Of a DNA stretch of 64,000 nucleotides, positions 31,330 through 41,187 are shown piece after piece. The position numbers were made by a program, and so were the translations under genes. Position 1 is the stretch's first letter; every line of letters begins with the position of its first letter. The notes beneath the pieces were generated by a model. The model had not been told where the DNA came from and made no database searches. It saw nothing but the letters and a program-made list of their open reading frames with translations. The stretch is from an uncultured virus (IMG/VR IMGVR_UViG_3300025871_000494) (lineage: Duplodnaviria; Heunggongvirae; Uroviricota; Caudoviricetes). The stretch is taken from the IMG/VR virus record IMGVR_UViG_3300025871_000494. One strand, given 5' to 3'.

Positions 31330-32856
31330 ATGGCAATATCGTTTCCAGGTAAACCCCATAATAATGCTTTATATGTAAGTCAAAGCATTCAAGGACCTAT
31401 TTATTATGCAGATATTACAAAAGTAGATTCTATGCGACAAACTATGTCTGTATATGTTCGAGGATTACACGATGTAGACGAGGTTGCAATTAATCAAGTA
31501 TTGACACTAGCAGGATCTGGAATACGATCTCTTCCTATTCCTGGTACTGTTCTAGCATTACTATATAAAGATAGTTCTGGTAAAAATAAATTTGGGTATC
31601 ATCATATAGGATACTTTCTTCCAGAGGATGTAGTAGAAACATCTTCTTCAAACAAACAAGAAACAAAAACAGGTGCAATTACATTATTAAGATATCTAGA
31701 TCCAGGAGAAGTACAAATCATTAGTGCAGGACAGGCAGAAGTATATTTAACTAATGATGGGAGTGTTAAAATAAATGGGGGATCTGGAAATTTTATAGAA
31801 TTAAGCGAATACTCACAATCTATAAATATGTTAGCAAATGATTTAGATATAGAAGTTTTGGATGTGAGTATTAAAGCAGGAAGAGTAAAAAGAGTTTTAG
31901 AAGACGATGCTTCACAAACTAATATCCCCCAAATTATGAGAGATATTACTAATGAAGGAGAAGAAAACGAAACAGTTACTACACACACAGAATTTAGAGT
32001 AGATATTGGAACTAAATATAATAATGAGACTGGAAATCCTTCTTTAGAAACAGATGAAGATACAGGATTAGATACGGCGCCTACAACAGGTACTTTAGCT
32101 TTTGCAAGTAAAGTATTTAATCAGGTAGGAGATCCAGAAAAACTATTGAGAGATTTGGATACCGTAGTAAATTTTCTTTTAAAGCTACCTTCAAAAATAA
32201 AAATGGGTGTAGATGAAAATGGCAACTTTTACATTGTAAATGAACAAACGGAATCTTATTTTAAATTTAGAACAAATTTTTCAACTTCTGATGTTGATAC
32301 AACACAATTAGACTTTGTTACCTCTGAAATGGCTTTTTCATGTAACAGTGAAAAATTTAGTATTATTAATAAAGATAATAATGATCAAATGATGTTTGGA
32401 AAGGATGAAAACGGTAAGACTGAATTTAGCGTAAGATGTAACAATAATATAACATCATTCAGCGATAAAGAAGGACCCAGTTTAGTGCATTCCAGCGGAT
32501 CTGGTATTTCTTTTACAGATAATGGGGATATCATAATTCAACATAAATCTGGTGGGTCACTTATGTTAAAAAATACTGGATTTGATATAAGTATGTCAGG
32601 AGGAGTTGTTACCATAGCTTCTAAAGATGTAATTGTAGCAGGAACAGATACTATTACATTAGGTGTACCTTCAAGTTCTGCCTCCTCGGAAGTACTGTTA
32701 TTGGGAGAAGCTACTGCGGACTTTCTAGATCAAGCTTTCGATAATCATTTACATAAAGGTCCTATGGGTCCACCTATGCTTCCATTACTTATGAAAGTAA
32801 CAGCTACTGTAGCAGGACAGTTACAAGTAGCTAAAATAGGTGTTAGCGCAAATTAA
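31330..32856 (+). CDS. Baseplate central spike (gp5/gpV-like)
   Basis: N-terminal OB-like region, beta-helix repeats (HSSGSGISFTDNGDIII), apex H-x-H (FDNHLH). Confidence 0.7.
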   Translation: MAISFPGKPHNNALYVSQSIQGPIYYADITKVDSMRQTMSVYVRGLHDVDEVAINQVLTLAGSGIRSLPIPGTVLALLYKDSSGKNKFGYHHIGYFLPEDVVETSSSNKQETKTGAITLLRYLDPGEVQIISAGQAEVYLTNDGSVKINGGSGNFIELSEYSQSINMLANDLDIEVLDVSIKAGRVKRVLEDDASQTNIPQIMRDITNEGEENETVTTHTEFRVDIGTKYNNETGNPSLETDEDTGLDTAPTTGTLAFASKVFNQVGDPEKLLRDLDTVVNFLLKLPSKIKMGVDENGNFYIVNEQTESYFKFRTNFSTSDVDTTQLDFVTSEMAFSCNSEKFSIINKDNNDQMMFGKDENGKTEFSVRCNNNITSFSDKEGPSLVHSSGSGISFTDNGDIIIQHKSGGSLMLKNTGFDISMSGGVVTIASKDVIVAGTDTITLGVPSSSASSEVLLLGEATADFLDQAFDNHLHKGPMGPPMLPLLMKVTATVAGQLQVAKIGVSAN

Positions 32857-32867
32857 GGTTAATTTAA

Positions 32868-33509
32868 ATGGTACCTCCTTTTTTAACATCCTCAGGTGTT
32901 GTTTATAAATATGATACTTCAACTGGTGTATATGAAGTAACAACAGAAACGCCTGCACCTATAGTTACTATAGATGAATCTGGTGCAATTACTATTATTA
33001 CTTCTACTGGATTAGAATTAACTAGTGGTCAATTACCTGATCAACCAGATCCTACACCACCGGATTTACCTGCTGGAATAATAGTAGATATAGATTCTTC
33101 TGCACCTTTTTTTCCAAAAGTAACAGTTAGTATGACTGGTGTAGATATTGGATTACCCATTTCTTTTACATTTCCGGGAGTAGATTTTAATCAAATTTTA
33201 GGTTTTCCAGGTTCTCCTGAAATTCCTATATCTATAGGTACAGGTCCTTTTGATTTTGGTCTTCAAATTACCTTCAAATGCCCAGGATTTCCAACTTGTG
33301 GTGCAAAAACACAATGTACTTATACTAAAAAAACACCTGGGTGGCAGGTGGATCCTTCAAAATGGTTTCCTTTTAAGATTCCAGGTATACCTGCAATGCC
33401 TAAATTACCTAATATACCAGCTTTTAATATTTCTGTGCCACCAAAATGGATGCTTCCACAAGGATGCCCTAATTATGTAAGATCACAACAAAATGAAGTA
33501 GGTGGATAA
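32868..33509 (+). CDS. Pro-rich baseplate-associated protein
   Basis: Follows spike; Pro-rich with a Cys cluster. Confidence 0.45.
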   Translation: MVPPFLTSSGVVYKYDTSTGVYEVTTETPAPIVTIDESGAITIITSTGLELTSGQLPDQPDPTPPDLPAGIIVDIDSSAPFFPKVTVSMTGVDIGLPISFTFPGVDFNQILGFPGSPEIPISIGTGPFDFGLQITFKCPGFPTCGAKTQCTYTKKTPGWQVDPSKWFPFKIPGIPAMPKLPNIPAFNISVPPKWMLPQGCPNYVRSQQNEVGG

Positions 33510-33983
33510 ATGAACGAAACTAAAATAGATAAATTAATATTAGATAACTTGAAAAGATATAAAGGTAAAGAGAACTCTTTAGATAACCTATCTCATTTAT
33601 TCGCAACGTATTATATAGGTTGTTTACATTCATTAACTGTGAGATTTAGCTTCGGTGGTATAGTAGTATTGCGTACACCTTTAGAATTACGGCAAGCTTT
33701 TATAGATAAAATGTCTGATATAATTAAAAAGAATGAATACGATTATTTAGATAATGTTGCTTTAGAAATAATTAATAGTTTACATTTCATGACTAGATTT
33801 GGTAATATCAATATAGACATTAATGATCGAGAAAAACAAAAGTTTATAAATATATGCAATTCTTTTAAAGGAAAAAACTGGAATGATATTATTCATTCAT
33901 TTGTAGATGCTACATACGATTTATTGTGTGGTTGTACTATACAAGGCGGACAATTATTACTAGGCGCAAGAATGTGGCTATAA
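33510..33983 (+). CDS. Hypothetical protein
   Basis: 157-aa ORF abutting upstream stop. Confidence 0.45.
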   Translation: MNETKIDKLILDNLKRYKGKENSLDNLSHLFATYYIGCLHSLTVRFSFGGIVVLRTPLELRQAFIDKMSDIIKKNEYDYLDNVALEIINSLHFMTRFGNINIDINDREKQKFINICNSFKGKNWNDIIHSFVDATYDLLCGCTIQGGQLLLGARMWL

Positions 33984-34014
33984 TTAATTTATTATAGAAA
34001 GTGATATATTTACA

Positions 34015-34515
34015 ATGCAATATTCAGTAAACGATCAAGATGTTCAAGATTATCTAGAACAATTAGCAGCACAATCTATTACTGTAGATACAGATACAGA
34101 TACCGGTGCTCAGAATCTTAAAATTATATTGGATACACTTGAAGACAATTTAATAGAAATTAAATATACAGATACAGAAAAATTAAATCATTTAATTCAA
34201 AGAAAACTTATTATAGATAAAAGAATTGAATCGTTAAATGATAACTATTTTAATACTAACGCATTAGATCAACGATATATAAAATATAAACAGGATATAC
34301 GTACAGTAAATGAAGTGCTAGATTCTGCATATATGACAATGATTCAAAGAACAATAGATACTAGTGTAGATTCCGGTATGCGTGAACTTTATAACTGTAG
34401 AAGAGAGCAGGCATATCTAGGGTATCTTATTAATAGCTTACAAGAAGAAATAAGCTATATGACTGATTTAGAGGATTCTATTACAACTTTAAAATCTAAG
34501 ATTGACGCGTTATAA
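34015..34515 (+). CDS. Hypothetical coiled-coil protein
   Basis: 166-aa helical ORF. Confidence 0.45.
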   Translation: MQYSVNDQDVQDYLEQLAAQSITVDTDTDTGAQNLKIILDTLEDNLIEIKYTDTEKLNHLIQRKLIIDKRIESLNDNYFNTNALDQRYIKYKQDIRTVNEVLDSAYMTMIQRTIDTSVDSGMRELYNCRREQAYLGYLINSLQEEISYMTDLEDSITTLKSKIDAL

Positions 34516-34561
34516 CTTAAAATTCTTATAGCATTCTTATTTTTATAACAAAAGGTCTACT

Positions 34562-34996
34562 ATGGCAATAGGTTTACAGTTTGTGAATGGTGATTTTGTT
34601 CTAAGCAACAAAAGACTAGTTTTCGTACAGAATATAGATAAGGTAAAAAGAGATTTTGTAAAATTCTTAGTTACAGATAAAGAGACATCTTCCAATAAAA
34701 CTACCTATACGAGATATAATCCAAGCTATGGGACTAATATAAATAATGTAGAATTATATAAAAATCTTACACAAAAAGCTACATTAGATATGTTAGAATT
34801 ACAATTAAGTGATTCTATTAAATATTACGTTACGTTACAAGAGACTAGAAATAATTTATCCATGTCTGAAGTAATTACAGATCTAGTTTTTAGTGTTTAT
34901 CAAGATTTAAATAATGCACAAAAGATTAGATTTAATATTCAATTAAAGGTAGCTACTGGACAAACGACTACATTGAATCTTTCTCAAGAGGTATAG
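34562..34996 (+). CDS. Baseplate wedge gp25/gpW-like protein
   Basis: LQFVNGDFVL...K.LVT......YNPSYGT; directly before the J-like gene. Confidence 0.7.
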   Translation: MAIGLQFVNGDFVLSNKRLVFVQNIDKVKRDFVKFLVTDKETSSNKTTYTRYNPSYGTNINNVELYKNLTQKATLDMLELQLSDSIKYYVTLQETRNNLSMSEVITDLVFSVYQDLNNAQKIRFNIQLKVATGQTTTLNLSQEV

Positions 34997-34998
34997 AA

Positions 34999-36462
34999 GT
35001 GGATTTTAAAACTGCTACTGATCTTAGAACATCATTAATAACTAGTTATAATAGATTAATAGATATCGATCTAACGGATGGTACACCAGAAAAAGATACC
35101 TTTGTAGAAGCACCTATAGAAGGTCAATTATTAGATATTTGGACAGCATTAGAATATTTATATAAGTTGCAAGCACCTTTTATTTATGCAGATCAACTAC
35201 TAACAGAGGATTTAGATGTTATATGCAGAAACTATGATGTAGGCATTATACCTGCTACATATTCTACTGGTGAATTAACTTTCTACACACATAACATACC
35301 AGCTGCGGATATAATTATAGATTCTAGCAAAGGTGGAAAAAATGCTGATGGTACCAAAACTTATACTGTTTCTGGTTACTACGTAATACCTGTATCGGAT
35401 ATTTCTTCTTATTATAATGCTACAAATTCTAGATACGAAATAACGGTAAATATTATTGCGGATATGGCTGGTCCTGATGGGTCTATTGGTGCCCAAACCA
35501 TTACACAACTTACTTCTTCAATTAATGGAATAGAGGGGTGTATTAATAATGATGCTATAACTGGCGGCGATGCAGAAGGATCTTTAACAGATAGATTAAA
35601 TCAAGTTAGAACTAAATTTAAAGGTAGAAGTCTTAGCACAACAGCTGGATTATTATTATATGTTCAAAGCTATTCACCCACAGCCACAGTAGTAGGATCT
35701 AATGATGCATTAATGCTTAGAAGCGAAGGATTAGGCGGTGCTATAGATATTTATATTAAAGATCAAATTTTAGAAGGTGTAACAGATACTATAACCATTA
35801 CATCCACAGGATTAGAAGGCTATATAGAAGATTGTGCATATACTAGCACAGGTATAATACTAACATATCAACCAGTAGATAGTATTACTATGGTTATCAA
35901 AAATGGTACCACTGTAGATAGCGATTATTATACTCTAACTAAAGATACAGGAACTTTAGCAAAATCCACCAGGAGTAGTGATAAAGTTGAACTTAATAGT
36001 GATGGTATTGCCGCATTAGGCTATTTTCAAGCAAATGATGAAATAGAAATACGATATAACTATAATAAGCTTTTAACTACTGTTGAAAGTGATTTAAATT
36101 CCGATGTAAATGCCTATGATAATAGAGATTATTTAGTTAGAGAACAATCTGAAATTGGAATAGATGTATACGCTTTAGTTAAAGTAAATACGGGTGTAAA
36201 TATTAATACTGTAATATCAGCAGCAAGTCTAGATATCGGCAGTTATTTAGATTCTTTTGATAGTTCTGAATCTTCTAGGATAGAACTAATCGAGATACTT
36301 GATATTATTAAGAATACCTCAGGTGTAGATAACATTAATGCACTTACTGCTACATTAACTGCATCTGATGGAAGAACGGCCACAGCTAGTGGTGATATAC
36401 CGATGTATTCAAATGAGTATCCTAAAGTCGGAACAGTAACCTTAGTAGAATGGACTTATTAA
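34999..36462 (+). CDS. Baseplate J-like (gp6-like) wedge protein
   Basis: ATYSTGELTF, AGPDGSIGAQTIT...INNDAITGGDAEGS, GGAIDIYIK. Confidence 0.85.
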   Translation: MDFKTATDLRTSLITSYNRLIDIDLTDGTPEKDTFVEAPIEGQLLDIWTALEYLYKLQAPFIYADQLLTEDLDVICRNYDVGIIPATYSTGELTFYTHNIPAADIIIDSSKGGKNADGTKTYTVSGYYVIPVSDISSYYNATNSRYEITVNIIADMAGPDGSIGAQTITQLTSSINGIEGCINNDAITGGDAEGSLTDRLNQVRTKFKGRSLSTTAGLLLYVQSYSPTATVVGSNDALMLRSEGLGGAIDIYIKDQILEGVTDTITITSTGLEGYIEDCAYTSTGIILTYQPVDSITMVIKNGTTVDSDYYTLTKDTGTLAKSTRSSDKVELNSDGIAALGYFQANDEIEIRYNYNKLLTTVESDLNSDVNAYDNRDYLVREQSEIGIDVYALVKVNTGVNINTVISAASLDIGSYLDSFDSSESSRIELIEILDIIKNTSGVDNINALTATLTASDGRTATASGDIPMYSNEYPKVGTVTLVEWTY

Positions 36463-36500
36463 CTATAAATTAATTTAAATATAAATGAAGGAAAAATTAA

Positions 36501-37739
36501 ATGAAAACGATTGTTATAATCGCATCAGACGTTGTACCATTACCTATTAAAAAAGAATATTTAGATTCTTTATCTGTACAAGAAAGAAAAGAATTTAAAA
36601 GTAAATATACTTACGCAGAACCCGCAGGAATTAGATCTTGGAAATTTGCTTCAGTTCTTGCAGAAAAATATGAAGTACTTTTGTTAGTTCCAGATATAGC
36701 ATTACCTGATAAATTAAAAGAAATTGTAGATTTTAGTAATATAAAATTTGAAATAGGATCTTATAATTATCGAGTTTCTTCTTGGAACTGGACACAAGAA
36801 TTAGACAGAAAACTTAAGAAAGCTAATTTTGTTATTGTACAATGTAATTCTGGATCTGGAATACAAAATTGTTCTGTATTACCAAGTACAGTAAATTTAA
36901 TCGTAGATGGATATAACATACTACCACAGGAATTATCAGGAAAGCTATTAACACATTCTATGATTTCTAGAAAAGTTTTTTGGCAAAAAGCAATGATGTT
37001 ATATAATGATCTAATTACTAGATCTAATTGTCTTCTGGTAGCTAATGAAAGACAAACATTTTTTTATGAAGGGTTTTTTTATGGAATAGGAAAACTAAAT
37101 TATAGTACCTTTCAATTTTCACCTTTACTGAAAGTTCCATATGGTATAGAAAAAAAGGAATTTACAGAAACAAATTTTAATATATCAAGCAATAACTTAA
37201 AATTATTATGGTATGGAACAGTGTATCCTTGGGAATGTCCTGAAGTTCTTATTAAGGAATTAGCAGATTTTGATAAAATTAGTATAGATTTTATCAATAT
37301 TAAGCACACTAGGCAGCCCAAAGTTTTTAATACCTACTTTAAATCATTTTTTGATAATGTACCCAATATTTCAAACATACAAATAATAGATGATATAGAT
37401 TTTGATCTCGGTACTGCACATGAAGAATATGATTTTGGTATTTGTCTTAACAGAAATTGGATATATGAATCTTATGTACATAAAACTAGAGCATTAGAAA
37501 TGCTTGCAAATCAACTCCCTATTATTATTAATGATCTAGATAATTTAAATACAGAATTAGACTTTTTAAAAGATAATATTAGAAATGTAAATATACCCAG
37601 TATAAAAGAAAATTTGATAACAATATGCGAAAACAAAAAATCTAGTAAGATATCTAAAGATTCTTATGAAACCTTTACAAATATTTTTAATTGGAATAAC
37701 ACACTTTTACCGGTAATAGATTATATTGAAAATTTTTAG
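36501..37739 (+). CDS. GT-B fold (GT4-like) glycosyltransferase
   Basis: AGIRSW..A..LA, LLVANERQ..FY.G, VPYGI, LLWYG.VYPW, KTRALEML..LPII. Confidence 0.7.
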   Translation: MKTIVIIASDVVPLPIKKEYLDSLSVQERKEFKSKYTYAEPAGIRSWKFASVLAEKYEVLLLVPDIALPDKLKEIVDFSNIKFEIGSYNYRVSSWNWTQELDRKLKKANFVIVQCNSGSGIQNCSVLPSTVNLIVDGYNILPQELSGKLLTHSMISRKVFWQKAMMLYNDLITRSNCLLVANERQTFFYEGFFYGIGKLNYSTFQFSPLLKVPYGIEKKEFTETNFNISSNNLKLLWYGTVYPWECPEVLIKELADFDKISIDFINIKHTRQPKVFNTYFKSFFDNVPNISNIQIIDDIDFDLGTAHEEYDFGICLNRNWIYESYVHKTRALEMLANQLPIIINDLDNLNTELDFLKDNIRNVNIPSIKENLITICENKKSSKISKDSYETFTNIFNWNNTLLPVIDYIENF

Positions 37740-37748
37740 GACATATAA

Positions 37749-39911
37749 GTGATAGCGAGCATAACTAACTTTGCGGTTTCTTCTATTACAGTAGAAGATA
37801 ATGTACAAACTATTATTTTTGAATTTGATATTCATACTGATCCAAATATTGGTGGTTATGAATTATTTAAATCTACAGATACTAGTGGGCATTCTATTAG
37901 CTGCGATATTAAAGTAGACGAAAGTGCTAATCAAAGTTCTACAATAAGCACATATAATGACTTAATCACAAATAAAACTTATTTTTCGTATACAGTACCA
38001 GAAGAAGATTTTGGTAGAAAAATCTTTTATTCTGTTGAAGCGATTGCAGCTAATCAAGAACATTCCGCCAGAACAGCAGATTTAGTTGTATATACGTTAT
38101 TATCTACACCAGAAAATTTAGTTGTAGGATATGACAATTATGATACAAGCTTATCCTGGGATGCATTAGATACTACAGATTCTAAAAATAGTCAATTAAG
38201 TAATTATGCGGTATATAGAACAGAAATGAGTGTACCTACAGATGCATATTTAGATGCAGCTACAGGTGCTTTGGTATCCGATGCTTTTACTTATAAAAGC
38301 TATGTATATGTAATAGATATATTAAAGAAAAGTATTTGGTATGGTCAGGTATCTATTGAAGGAGTATTTTTTGCTACAGATTCTAATAGAAGTAGCTTTG
38401 TATTTGATCAAAGTCAGGATTATTCTGCAAGATTTAGAAATTTAGCTATTTATGTAGTAGATTATTCTACTACACCTTCATTACTTGGATACACAAAAAA
38501 TACATCATATACAGATATCACAGCAAAAAGAAATTGTAATTATCTATATTATGTTGCTGCGGTTAATCCAAATAGACTACTAAGCAATTATGCTACTTAT
38601 CCAATAATTACACAAGCCTTACAAGATAAATCTCCCTATCTCAGATCGGTGGATAATTCTCCTATTGATTATCTGCAGCAACCTTATTGGAAGTATCTTA
38701 AAAATGTTTTAATAGATCATAATTATTATAATAAGAATAAATTTGATATACCTGCTTTGAAAGGTAAATACCTTTTTAAAGGGTATTTAGGTATTAGTAA
38801 TGCTAAAGTAGATGTTTATTTGAATGGTAATCATAATCAGTTTGTAATTACAGATTCTTATGGTAATTTTGAATTCGGTGTTTCTTTATCAAAAGGAACT
38901 TCTCATTTACAATTGCATGCCAGAGATTATAAAAATATAGGGTTTTCTAGAAAATCTACAAAACAAACAATAAATATAGTAAATTTATATTCTTTCTTTG
39001 CAGCATTAGGTAAGGAATATACAGATATATGGACTGAAATTAATTTACAAAAAGATGATCTATCCTTAACAGAAAGTAGATTTGAGGCTTTCGAAGAAAG
39101 AATATCTTCCTTAATAGAATATTATAGGGATATTTCAGAAGAAGCAGAACCTTACAGAAATATTGCTATAGCTATCTATTTAGCATATGAATACGGTGGA
39201 TATCGAGAGGCTTTAAATATCATATTAGATGCTTTTCAAGAAAATATTGATGAATTTGATCATTATGAAATTTACTATAATAATTCATTATATGATCCTA
39301 AAAAAACTAGTAGGAGTTTTGTAATTAATAGTTCTACAGGAGAATGGGGATTAGAAAGAGATAACTATTATTATGGTGTTACATCAGTAAATGGTGACCA
39401 AGAAAGTTCCGCAACAACACTACGTATAGATAATCGCTGGTGGCCAACAAGTACGGGATTAGAAAGCAGTACAGGATATCAAGGTTTTAATGTTATCATG
39501 TGGCCAGAAGTAAATGGAATTGAAACTTATAATGTATACAAGTATAAAGGATCTAATTCTGTATATGACTATAGTAATTTAACCTTTGTTAGCCAATTGC
39601 ATGCAAATTTATTTGTAGATATCAGCAATAATAACCTATCAACATCTACGAGAACACCTCCTTTATATACCTTTACTTCATTTGATCATCCAACAGAAGT
39701 TATAAATCTACCTAATACTAAGGTATCTAGTGAGTATCTTGCACAAAGAAAAGCTACTTATATTACTATAATAATATATGCTGTAGATAATGAGGATATA
39801 CCAGATTTTCAGTTGGATAGATTATTAAGTGTATTTTCAGAGGTAATACCACCAGAATTAATTTATAGAGTTGTATATTGTAATGATTCAACTTCTGAAT
39901 TTTTAGTTTAG
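37749..39911 (+). CDS. Baseplate wedge protein (gpI/gp7-like) with Fn3/Ig-like domains
   Basis: Fn3-like LSWDA...YAVYR...Y.YYVAAVN; YR..A.A...GG...AL; C-terminal EVIPP like tail protein I; follows J. Confidence 0.6.
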   Translation: MIASITNFAVSSITVEDNVQTIIFEFDIHTDPNIGGYELFKSTDTSGHSISCDIKVDESANQSSTISTYNDLITNKTYFSYTVPEEDFGRKIFYSVEAIAANQEHSARTADLVVYTLLSTPENLVVGYDNYDTSLSWDALDTTDSKNSQLSNYAVYRTEMSVPTDAYLDAATGALVSDAFTYKSYVYVIDILKKSIWYGQVSIEGVFFATDSNRSSFVFDQSQDYSARFRNLAIYVVDYSTTPSLLGYTKNTSYTDITAKRNCNYLYYVAAVNPNRLLSNYATYPIITQALQDKSPYLRSVDNSPIDYLQQPYWKYLKNVLIDHNYYNKNKFDIPALKGKYLFKGYLGISNAKVDVYLNGNHNQFVITDSYGNFEFGVSLSKGTSHLQLHARDYKNIGFSRKSTKQTINIVNLYSFFAALGKEYTDIWTEINLQKDDLSLTESRFEAFEERISSLIEYYRDISEEAEPYRNIAIAIYLAYEYGGYREALNIILDAFQENIDEFDHYEIYYNNSLYDPKKTSRSFVINSSTGEWGLERDNYYYGVTSVNGDQESSATTLRIDNRWWPTSTGLESSTGYQGFNVIMWPEVNGIETYNVYKYKGSNSVYDYSNLTFVSQLHANLFVDISNNNLSTSTRTPPLYTFTSFDHPTEVINLPNTKVSSEYLAQRKATYITIIIYAVDNEDIPDFQLDRLLSVFSEVIPPELIYRVVYCNDSTSEFLV

Positions 39912-39945
39912 AAAAAATTAACTAAGTTATATTATAAAAAATGAA

Positions 39946-41187
39946 ATGAAAAAGCTATGTATCCTATCACCGGATGCTGTAAATTTACCCCTTGCATCAA
40001 ACTGCCCAGATTCCATTTATATTAATGGAATTCTTTATTCAACGAAATCTAAATGCTGCAACGCAGCAGCTACTGGTATTCGTGCACAAAAGTTTGCAGA
40101 ATATCTATCAACTGATTTTGATGTAACTTTATTAATACCTGATTTAAATCATCCGGGTAAAAATAATATTGATTATAGTAAACTTTCTTATTCTATAGAA
40201 TCTTATAACTATAAAAAGTGTTCTTGGGAGTATTCCAAAGAATTAAAAAATATTCTTTCTAAATTTGATATTGTTATTTTACAGTGTACAGGTGGTATAG
40301 GGTTTAAGAATATTGTAAAATTAAGACCACACATTCGAGTTATTTTAGATGGTTATATACCACTATTAGCTGAATTTCCAGCAGCAGTTAGCTATCATAC
40401 AGATGAAAAACTAAAAAAATATCAATGGTTGACATTACTACGTCAATATTCTGAACTTTTAAAAAGAGCAGATCTTATATTATATGCAAATGATAGACAA
40501 AAAAGATATTATGAAGGCCAATTATTCTTATTAAATAAACTTAATGTAGATAATTATAAGAATTCACCTTTACTTAAGATTCCTTATGGTATAACTTGGC
40601 ATAAACCTGTAACTAGAGAGCATTCTGATAAATTAAAATTATTATGGTATGGACCATTTTATCCATGGTATGATTTCGAGAATTTAATTACAAATCTTTA
40701 TAATCATTCATCTATAAAAATAGACTTTTATGGAATACAGCATCCAAGATTTACTAGATTTCTACAAAAATCGGTAAACTTGGATTATATAAATACATCT
40801 TCTAATATGAAAATAATAGGTGAATATAATTCATTAGATCCTAGAAAATTATTTGAAAAATACGATGCTTGTATCTGTCTATCTCAACATTGGCTAGAAA
40901 ATAGATATTCTCATCGAGCAAGAATTTTTGAAGTGATGTCATACGGAATGCCAGTAATTATTACTAATAATTCACCTATTTTAGAAGAATCTAAATATTT
41001 AGATGATAGACTTATTTATGAAATTGTAGGTGGTGATTTTATTCGTGAAGAATTGGAAGATATAAAAGCTTTTTCTAATCTATTACATATAGATATTTCC
41101 GCAGAACATGAACTATTATATTCTCAATATAATTGGGATTCTATATTAAAGCCTCTTAAACTAACGCTATTAGAAGAGATGAAATGA
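39946..41187 (+). CDS. GT-B fold glycosyltransferase, paralog of 36501
   Basis: TGIRAQKFA, ANDRQ..YYEG, SPLLKIPYGI, LKLLWYG.FYPW, HRARIFEVM..G.PVI. Confidence 0.7.
   Translation: MKKLCILSPDAVNLPLASNCPDSIYINGILYSTKSKCCNAAATGIRAQKFAEYLSTDFDVTLLIPDLNHPGKNNIDYSKLSYSIESYNYKKCSWEYSKELKNILSKFDIVILQCTGGIGFKNIVKLRPHIRVILDGYIPLLAEFPAAVSYHTDEKLKKYQWLTLLRQYSELLKRADLILYANDRQKRYYEGQLFLLNKLNVDNYKNSPLLKIPYGITWHKPVTREHSDKLKLLWYGPFYPWYDFENLITNLYNHSSIKIDFYGIQHPRFTRFLQKSVNLDYINTSSNMKIIGEYNSLDPRKLFEKYDACICLSQHWLENRYSHRARIFEVMSYGMPVIITNNSPILEESKYLDDRLIYEIVGGDFIREELEDIKAFSNLLHIDISAEHELLYSQYNWDSILKPLKLTLLEEMK

Noticed and set aside
16607..39911. Extracellular contractile injection system/tailocin rather than phage
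   Set aside because: Homing endonucleases, NT5C nucleotidase, neck-like gene and G/GT frameshift fit a lytic phage; no AAA ATPase or bacterial housekeeping context. Capsid and terminase are presumably outside the window
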